Part shown: positions 56,851 to 64,000 of the stretch, piece after piece
How the letters are laid out: each line of letters begins with the position of its first letter
Position numbering within the stretch: position 1 is the first letter of the stretch
IMG/VR virus record: IMGVR_UViG_3300033076_001012
Location: 1 to 64,000 of that record
Direction: 5' to 3' (one strand)
DNA: 64,000 bases
DNA from: a virus
Taxonomy: Duplodnaviria; Caudoviricetes
Notes under the pieces: generated by a model
Told to the model about the DNA's origin: nothing
Seen by the model: only the letters and a program-made list of their open reading frames with translations
Databases searched by the model: none
Position numbers and translations under genes: made by a program

Positions 56851-57663
56851 ATGATAGTTAACAAATTTATTAGTTCTAAAGACATTATAAATCAGGTATA
56901 TAGAGATACCGGAAGTTCTGAGGATTTACCGATAGCAGATATGCTATCATGGATATATGAAGGATTGGAGATAATGAATCAACCTATTCAATATATTAAA
57001 AAAGTTACAGGACATGAAGCTAATCCTAACTTAAATATAACAAATTATAAAGCTCCTCTTCCATGTGATTTTCACAAACTTGTACAGATTGCTGTAAATG
57101 GTATGCCAGCAAGATACTCCAATAGTACATTTCATCATTTATTAGATGGAACATGTTGTGGATTACAAAACAGTGTGGATACAGCTGATACATTTATTGA
57201 TAATTTTGGTAACTCTTTTTCACCACAAGCTTCTACATTATTTTCTACATCAAATATTTATGATGTAGTAACCTTTGATATAAATAATGATTATTTAACC
57301 CTCTCCATAAGAGAGGGAGAAGTTTGTATTGCTTATTTAGCTTATCCTACAGATGATGAAGGATGGCCGATGTTACCCGATGATATGAGTTATAGAGTAG
57401 CTATAACTAAATATTTAATGATGAAACTTGCTTATATTAATTGGATAAAAGATGCTACCAATAATGGTAAGAGAGCCATCTTTGAACACTCTGAAAGAGA
57501 ATGGGCTTGGTATGTTGCGCAATCTACAAGTAAATCTAAGATACCATCTTTAGAAGAAATGGAATCTTTAAAAAACCAACATTTAAGATTAATTGATAAA
57601 ATTAATCAGCACGATACCTTCTTTAAAACTTTAGGGGGTAAAGAGAATAGGAAAAAGCACTAA
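56851..57663 (+). CDS. tail ring protein
   Basis: L.C....LV...G.V..AY.A.PTD.EG.P..PD pattern. Confidence 0.7.
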   Translation: MIVNKFISSKDIINQVYRDTGSSEDLPIADMLSWIYEGLEIMNQPIQYIKKVTGHEANPNLNITNYKAPLPCDFHKLVQIAVNGMPARYSNSTFHHLLDGTCCGLQNSVDTADTFIDNFGNSFSPQASTLFSTSNIYDVVTFDINNDYLTLSIREGEVCIAYLAYPTDDEGWPMLPDDMSYRVAITKYLMMKLAYINWIKDATNNGKRAIFEHSEREWAWYVAQSTSKSKIPSLEEMESLKNQHLRLIDKINQHDTFFKTLGGKENRKKH

Positions 57664-57672
57664 TAGATATTC

Positions 57673-60600
57673 ATGGAACAAGCTATCAATACTTTTGAAG
57701 GAGGTATCAATAAAGATTTTCATAAACTTACAATACCTGCAACACAAGCTACTCACATTGAGAATATGCGTATTACTACAGATACTGGTAGTACTACCAA
57801 ATCTCTTATTAATGTAGAAGGTACATCCCATATGATAGATTTTCCAGATTTATCAGATGTATATAAAGTTACATCAACGAGTCAATCTATTATTACTGTT
57901 CAATATTCGTTTAATATAAACGGTACATTAATAATATTCAACTCTACTTCAGATACTGAAGATTTAGCATTAGATTTTAATGCAGCAGCAACATCCAATC
58001 CTACACTAAACAGTTTAGGTATTACAGGAATCTCTGATAAAGATGGTAACTCAATGTTAATCTATTCAAATAATGGTCAAACATTTACTTGCATAATGGT
58101 TACTTCTCCAGCTTTATCAACCATTAACATCTCTCAAATATTATTATATAGAACCAAAGCTAATATAACTATTATAGGAAGTTTTCCTATAAGAGATTAT
58201 ATATATCTTATAACAACTACAGATAGTTCCTCAACTGGAGGGTCTGGCCAAATATGGAGATATTCTTATGATACTACTGGCCCAACTACCACATCTACTT
58301 TAACACTTCTTTATGATAATAACATAAATTTAACAACTCAACATCCTATATTTCCTCCTGCAATAACAGGAGTATATGAGAATGTTGAAACTATTAGATT
58401 ATACTGGACAGATAATTTTAACAAACTTCGTTCATTTAATGTAGCAGATTCTACAAATGGATTTGCTTTAGATCCTTCTTTACTTGATATAGAACCTCCT
58501 GTTGATAATGATCAAGCTGTGCTTCAAAAAATAACATCTGATGGTAACAATGCTTTATATGTTGGTACATATGAAGCAACTTATCGTTTAAAAAACTCTT
58601 CAGGTGTTACTAAGTTTGGACCATTATCAAATATAGTATCTATAGTTCCATTAGATGAAGCTTCTTTTACAGGTTCAAATTATACAAGTTATGTTGGTGG
58701 AGGAGTAGGTACTAAAACTAATAAAAATATTCATTGGAAAATATCAGGTTTAGATACAGATTTTGAAAGAATTGAAATACTTATAATATATAGAAGTGCT
58801 TTAAATGGAACACCTATTATATATAAAACCCATGATGAAGAACTTCCTGCAAACGGTGTATATGAATTTACATATAGTGGACAAGAATTTATAGAAGAAC
58901 TTACCATTAATGATTTTTTAGAAGATAGATTTGCATTTACTCACTGTAAAACAATAGCCGCTAAAGATATGCATTTGGTTGTTGGAAATGTGAGAAATGA
59001 AAAAACAGATTTTACATATGATGCAAGAGCCTATATACATATGAAAGTAGGCCCCGTATGGGATTTTATAATAAGAGATTCTCAAGGAAATTCTACATCA
59101 TGGTTAGCAAATTATGGTGCGGATTATAACAATATATCTGAAGACCATGATGCAATAGCTCCTTTTAATGATTCATTAACAAACGGTATATCATCTTCTA
59201 CGGGTTATTATGCTTATAATCCTGATACAGGATTTTTGGGAGGTAAAGGAGCAAATATAACATATGAGTTTGGAACAGAATATGTTAGAGCAGATATAAC
59301 TAACAACATAGGTTCTCAACAAACAGCTCCTTTCAGACACACTAATCCGAACTTTTATACATATACTTATAATAACGGTGCAGGTAAAGAATACAACTTT
59401 AACATGGCTCCTGATGGAGTAAAATCAGCTTATCATTCATCCGTACTTAAAGGTTATCAAAGAAATGAAATATATAGATTTGCTATTGTCTTCTATGATA
59501 AACAGGGTAGATCGTTGTTTGCTAAATGGATAGGTGATATTAAAATGCCCGATTACTGTGATGTATTAGACCCTAATAACAAAGGTATTTGTGATGATGG
59601 TTCTAATCCACCAAACGACTTTAGATTATCTTTTTCTTCAGGAGACTATGGTGGATATTCTGATGGATCATATCTTTCTATATTATATATAAAGTTTAAT
59701 ATATCCATACCTCAAAATATATTACAATATATTTCAGGTTTTCAAATAGTTAGATGTGAAAGAACAGATGCTGATAAAACAATTATTGGAAGCGGATTAA
59801 TGATTGCTACTGCTGCCGATAGTGGAACATACTATACACATGATACATCCACTTGGATAACAGGAGCTTTAAATAACAATACTCCAGAAAAAATACAAAC
59901 CATACAATCTCCTGAATTTCAATTTGGACTATTTCCAGGATTTGCAAGTGGAGATAAGATTTTAACTAAACAAAGAATTACTCATAGTAATACACAATTA
60001 TATACAGATTTGGCTGGAACAGCCACAGATTATTATTATATGTGGAAGTTTTCCAAATCCGAACCTTTAACGAATGTAGGAGGAACGGCTCAGGAACAAT
60101 TAATTGTAACTGAAGCAGGTGTTGTAGGATTTGGTGGAGCACACACGTTTAACCAATCACCTAATACAGGTATAAATTTCAGAAATCACTCTGAACCAAA
60201 TGGTAGTAGTGAATATGAAGGAATAGGTGCTTCAACATTATTAATCGGATTAAATGCTACATTTGATTATACCTTTAACGGTGTTACACAAGCAAACAAT
60301 AGAAAATATTATGTTAACTATTATAGACAAAGAGCCTCCCAATATGGAGGAAATAGTTACTCGCAAAGATCCAATTCAGTTTATATAGCTTGTGGGGACT
60401 TTCAACCTGTATTGTCAAATATAACAACAACTACTTCTTATACTCATAAAGTATTTGGTGGAGATATATTTACAGTATATTATGACAATGAAAAGATTGT
60501 AAAGAATTGGGGAACACAAGTTCCAGGATTACCAGCCGCTCCATCAGGAAGTCAGTCTGCTACATTCTATTTTCCGTGTGAAACAACCTTTAATACAGAG

Positions 60601-61974
60601 CTTAGACAACAATCTCATACTAATAGAGATTTAACAACTGAAGGTACAGGTGCTTCTGCAAGAGAAGATTATGAATATAATAAAGTGTATTCAAATGAAA
60701 GAAATGTAGTTAAGTTTTTTCCAAAACCTGTAGACTTTAGATCAGTAGATGAATATGATTCAAGATTTTGGATTTCTCAGAAAAAAATAGCAGGAGAAAG
60801 TAAAGATAGTTGGGCTATATTTCTAACAAATGATTGGCAAGATGGTCAATCTGAATATGGACCGGTTAATTCATTATTAATGTTTAACAATGAATTATGG
60901 TTTTGGCAAGATAAAGCTTATGGTATTCTTCCTATAAATAGGAAAACAATATTAGACGATAATTCAACTACAGGTAGTGCCCCTGTACTATTAGGTACAG
61001 GACAATTAATTGATATACCAAGATATCTATCTACAAGAGTTGGTTGTAAACAACAAGGTGCTATAGTAGCATCACCAAATTCCATAGCCTTTTTTGATAT
61101 TTTAAGCAGAACAATGTATAAAGTTGGTTCTAATGGAGAACAACCTATATCTGATATTAAAGGTTTACAATCATATTTTCCAGTGAACTTAACAGGTAAA
61201 ATACAAATTAAAGATAATCCTATATATTTTGATTCTACATTAAACAATTCAAGATGTGGTATAACTTGTGTGTATGATTATAGATATAATGAATTTATAT
61301 TCACATTTATAGATGCTAAGTATAATTCAACTACAACACAATATGCTGAAAATAAGTTTACTGTAGCATTTAATGAACAAACAGATCAGTTTGGAAGCTT
61401 TTATACTTATTATCCTTCTTTATATATATCTGATACAAAAAACTTTTTTGCTGCTGATCCAAATGTAAGTTATAAATTATATATTCATAATTCAAGAAGT
61501 AATTTCTGTAAATGGTATGGTGCAACAATAGCAGATCCCTCTAAACTATCAATAGTTATAAATAAAAATCCTGACTATGCTAAAATATTTGAGAATTTAG
61601 AATGGTTTATGGAAACCAGAGATATTACTTTAAACCTTTACTCCATAAATGAAACATGGTCATCAATAAGATGTTATACAGATGTTCAGAATAGTAATTT
61701 TATTACTTTATCTTTATCTTCTAATTTACGAAGGAAAGAAAGAAAATGGCAAATAGCTGTACCAAGAAATGCTGTTAACTCTCAAGCTCTTGTAACTACA
61801 GGATTAGATATATTTGACGCAACCAATTTAACAACTGGTGCAACACGTCTATTTAGAGATAAGATGAGAAATAATTATATGACAGTAGATTTTGTGTACA
61901 ATAACACTTTTCCAACAAGAAATCAAATATCTATACCGTATATTAAAACATATTATCAAATATCTCCAAGATAA
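57673..61974 (+). CDS. tail muzzle / tail stabilization protein (P22 gp10-like)
   Basis: 1433 aa; NTF.GG.NKD start, YWTD..N.LR, GYQRNE.YRF.IV...KWIGDI.MP, FGGDIF, GCKQ. Confidence 0.8.
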   Translation: MEQAINTFEGGINKDFHKLTIPATQATHIENMRITTDTGSTTKSLINVEGTSHMIDFPDLSDVYKVTSTSQSIITVQYSFNINGTLIIFNSTSDTEDLALDFNAAATSNPTLNSLGITGISDKDGNSMLIYSNNGQTFTCIMVTSPALSTINISQILLYRTKANITIIGSFPIRDYIYLITTTDSSSTGGSGQIWRYSYDTTGPTTTSTLTLLYDNNINLTTQHPIFPPAITGVYENVETIRLYWTDNFNKLRSFNVADSTNGFALDPSLLDIEPPVDNDQAVLQKITSDGNNALYVGTYEATYRLKNSSGVTKFGPLSNIVSIVPLDEASFTGSNYTSYVGGGVGTKTNKNIHWKISGLDTDFERIEILIIYRSALNGTPIIYKTHDEELPANGVYEFTYSGQEFIEELTINDFLEDRFAFTHCKTIAAKDMHLVVGNVRNEKTDFTYDARAYIHMKVGPVWDFIIRDSQGNSTSWLANYGADYNNISEDHDAIAPFNDSLTNGISSSTGYYAYNPDTGFLGGKGANITYEFGTEYVRADITNNIGSQQTAPFRHTNPNFYTYTYNNGAGKEYNFNMAPDGVKSAYHSSVLKGYQRNEIYRFAIVFYDKQGRSLFAKWIGDIKMPDYCDVLDPNNKGICDDGSNPPNDFRLSFSSGDYGGYSDGSYLSILYIKFNISIPQNILQYISGFQIVRCERTDADKTIIGSGLMIATAADSGTYYTHDTSTWITGALNNNTPEKIQTIQSPEFQFGLFPGFASGDKILTKQRITHSNTQLYTDLAGTATDYYYMWKFSKSEPLTNVGGTAQEQLIVTEAGVVGFGGAHTFNQSPNTGINFRNHSEPNGSSEYEGIGASTLLIGLNATFDYTFNGVTQANNRKYYVNYYRQRASQYGGNSYSQRSNSVYIACGDFQPVLSNITTTTSYTHKVFGGDIFTVYYDNEKIVKNWGTQVPGLPAAPSGSQSATFYFPCETTFNTELRQQSHTNRDLTTEGTGASAREDYEYNKVYSNERNVVKFFPKPVDFRSVDEYDSRFWISQKKIAGESKDSWAIFLTNDWQDGQSEYGPVNSLLMFNNELWFWQDKAYGILPINRKTILDDNSTTGSAPVLLGTGQLIDIPRYLSTRVGCKQQGAIVASPNSIAFFDILSRTMYKVGSNGEQPISDIKGLQSYFPVNLTGKIQIKDNPIYFDSTLNNSRCGITCVYDYRYNEFIFTFIDAKYNSTTTQYAENKFTVAFNEQTDQFGSFYTYYPSLYISDTKNFFAADPNVSYKLYIHNSRSNFCKWYGATIADPSKLSIVINKNPDYAKIFENLEWFMETRDITLNLYSINETWSSIRCYTDVQNSNFITLSLSSNLRRKERKWQIAVPRNAVNSQALVTTGLDIFDATNLTTGATRLFRDKMRNNYMTVDFVYNNTFPTRNQISIPYIKTYYQISPR

Positions 61975-62012
61975 AACCTAACAATCAATGTTAGATGTAA
62001 AATATATATAAC

Positions 62013-62038
62013 AAAAAGCTTGCTTTTGCAAGCTTTTT
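62013..62038 (+). terminator. intrinsic terminator
   Basis: aaaaagcttgc/gcaagcttttt. Confidence 0.75.
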
Positions 62039-62104
62039 TTATTATATTTATCTGTTTTACACAACACTAACTTTACAAATAACTAACAACAAAACTTATT
62101 ATAC

Positions 62105-63643
62105 ATGTCAAAACATTCAAAAATTATTAGAAAACCTAAATTAAAGGGTAAGTCTTCAAAAGAAGTCCCTGAATATGGTTGGGGTGGAGGAATACAAGGA
62201 GGAGTTTCAGGAGCTGCTCAAGGAGCACAGTTAGGTTTTTCAGTAGGAGGACCTTGGGGTGCTGCTATAGGAGCAGGAGCAGGTTTGATATATGGTGCTT
62301 ATCAAGGTTCAAAAGCAGAAGATGAACAAAAGAAAATTGAAAATAATAGCGCATATTCAGCTTATTTAAAAGGTTTGGAAGCAAGTGGAGCAACTAGATT
62401 TAAACAAGGTGGTCAAATTAATAAACAATTAATTGAAGTTGAAGGTGATGAATTAGAAGTAGATACTAAAGGACATATTATAAAAGATTATAAAGGTAAA
62501 AACTCTCATATAGATGGAGGATTTAAAACTCTTTCTAAATCTGGAAATATTATTATTCCTCATAAGTTTAGACAGAAATTTTTAGATGGTGATGATGTGT
62601 CTAAACAAACTATCATACAACAACTTAAAAGAGATCAGGTAAAAAGAGATAATCTTGAATTAGATACTTTTAGATCTATGGAAGATGTAGAATATGGTAA
62701 AGGTGGACAGATACATATTAAACCTGAAAATAAAGGTAAATTTACAGAAGCTGCAAAAAGAGCAGGAATGGGTGTACAAGAATACGCTAAACATGTATTA
62801 GCTCATAAAGATCAACATTCTTCTACATTAATTAAACGTGCTAATTTTGCTAGAAATGCTTCTAAGTTTAAACATGAAGAAGGTGGAACTATTAAAAAAT
62901 ATGGTGGAGATTTAGATAATAATGAGTTTTCGTTAATAACATCACCTGATGAAACAAATGATGTTATGGAAAACATTATACAACCTGCTTTCGATAAAGA
63001 ATTTAAAAGACTTCCTTCTGAAAGAAACAGACAAATGAGTGCTGGAGTTAATAATGCATTAACCTATGCACCTATTGCTTATGATATGATAAAAGGTTTA
63101 GAAAAACCTACATATCTTAATCAAGAAGATTATCAGAACCCTTATGAAACACAAGCTCTTTCTTTAATGCGTAATAGGAAAGTGGATATGACACCTATTA
63201 GACAAAGAATGTTAGCTAATAGACAGTCTGCTCTTAGAAACGCTAAAGAATCTCAATCTTTGAGTGGTGGTGCTTATTTATCCAATGCTAATCAGATAGA
63301 AGCAAATACACAAAATGCTATGGCTAATGCTCAAATGCAAGAGCAGGATATAAATAATAGATATAGAGGTGAAGAAGCATCTACATTAGCAAATCTTGGT
63401 GCAGATAGAGCAAGAACTAAACTTGGTATTAAAGATATTAATCTAAGAAATATTGCTGCTACTAATGCACATACTGCTAAAGCTACAGAAGGTGTATCTA
63501 AAGCTGCTTTAATGAAACAAAGATATAGTAATGCAGGAAGTAGAGATGCTGCTTTAGCATCTGTTTTACAAGAAATGTTTCCTGATAGTTACAATAGTCC
63601 AGAATTCTTAGAATATTTTGAAAAATTAAAAAACTTTAGATAA
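62105..63643 (+). CDS. virion cargo (ejected) protein
   Basis: Glycine-zipper N-terminus, EVEGDE...SH..GG and IHIKPENKGKFT modules, Q/A-rich helical C-terminus; follows the muzzle gene. Confidence 0.65.
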   Translation: MSKHSKIIRKPKLKGKSSKEVPEYGWGGGIQGGVSGAAQGAQLGFSVGGPWGAAIGAGAGLIYGAYQGSKAEDEQKKIENNSAYSAYLKGLEASGATRFKQGGQINKQLIEVEGDELEVDTKGHIIKDYKGKNSHIDGGFKTLSKSGNIIIPHKFRQKFLDGDDVSKQTIIQQLKRDQVKRDNLELDTFRSMEDVEYGKGGQIHIKPENKGKFTEAAKRAGMGVQEYAKHVLAHKDQHSSTLIKRANFARNASKFKHEEGGTIKKYGGDLDNNEFSLITSPDETNDVMENIIQPAFDKEFKRLPSERNRQMSAGVNNALTYAPIAYDMIKGLEKPTYLNQEDYQNPYETQALSLMRNRKVDMTPIRQRMLANRQSALRNAKESQSLSGGAYLSNANQIEANTQNAMANAQMQEQDINNRYRGEEASTLANLGADRARTKLGIKDINLRNIAATNAHTAKATEGVSKAALMKQRYSNAGSRDAALASVLQEMFPDSYNSPEFLEYFEKLKNFR

Positions 63644-63644
63644 A

Positions 63645-64000
63645 GTGGCAAACCTCTACGAAATTCCTGCGGAATATGTACCGATAGATACATATGCTCC
63701 ACTACCTTTTGATGATTTGCTTAGAGCAGGTCAATTAAGAAAGAAAAATGAGGATGATCTAATATCCGGTATTAAAGTTTTAGATAGAGATATAAAATAT
63801 GCTCCTTGGAGAGAACAGAGAGCAATAAATCTTCAAACTGACATACATAATAAAGTTGATGATTTAGCTAATCAAACCTTTCAAAAAAAGAATTTTTCTG
63901 ATGCAAGAAAACAAGCTCAAACTCTAGGGAGAAAATTGCATGAAGATTTCCAATTTGGAGAACCTGCTAAATTGCAAACAGAACATGATAGATGGGTTAA
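63645..64000 (+). CDS. virion cargo protein (partial, runs off the window)
   Basis: Manual translation from GTG: MANLYEIPAEYVPIDTYAPLPFDDLLRAG..., open to the window end. Confidence 0.6.
   Translation, partial: MANLYEIPAEYVPIDTYAPLPFDDLLRAGQLRKKNEDDLISGIKVLDRDIKYAPWREQRAINLQTDIHNKVDDLANQTFQKKNFSDARKQAQTLGRKLHEDFQFGEPAKLQTEHDRWV

Noticed and set aside
455-61247. Short opposite-strand ORFs in the track (e.g. 455-715, 4928-5140, 11479-11667, 14651-14878, 19570-19824, 33548-33817, 39491-39826, 42460-42801, 60918-61247)
   Set aside because: They are antisense shadows of well-supported genes or of attC palindromes, with no recognisable motifs.
1-64000. Stop-codon reassignment (TAG to Gln or TGA to Trp), as in some crAss-like phages
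   Set aside because: Core genes are full length in the standard code, TAG and TGA end several genes, and no suppressor tRNA is seen. The only split gene (polB) is explained by an intron.

Overview
This AT-rich 64 kb window is most of a crAss-like (Crassvirales-type) phage genome, probably infecting Bacteroidota. Left arm (about 1-28.7 kb, minus strand): replication and early genes. These include a RusA-like resolvase, M28-like peptidase, primase, SSB, Sak4-like ATPase, DUF5664-like nucleotide hydrolase, DnaB helicase, SF2 helicase, and a family B DNA polymerase split by a group I intron carrying a GIY-YIG endonuclease. Right arm (about 29.4-64 kb, plus strand): late and virion genes. These include HU-like proteins, tRNA-Thr, GroES, terminase, portal, scaffold, major capsid, ring, fibre, lysis, muzzle and cargo proteins. 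The standout feature is two oppositely oriented arrays of integron-like gene cassettes flanking polB (11.07-15.17 kb and 18.26-21.74 kb), with 12 attC-like palindromes and no integrase in the window. Each intact cassette body begins with GTT-core bases complementary to its own distal AAC core, the footprint of site-specific cassette recombination. The sites share an unusual 5-nt/9-nt spacer geometry. Three are very long (273-326 bp) and carry a gene inside their loop, and several cassette bodies look like in-frame C-terminal protein modules. A 1.1 kb multi-domain structured non-coding region feeding into an anticodon-less tRNA-like element is a second candidate novelty. All pairings and translations were read by eye; no database searches were run.
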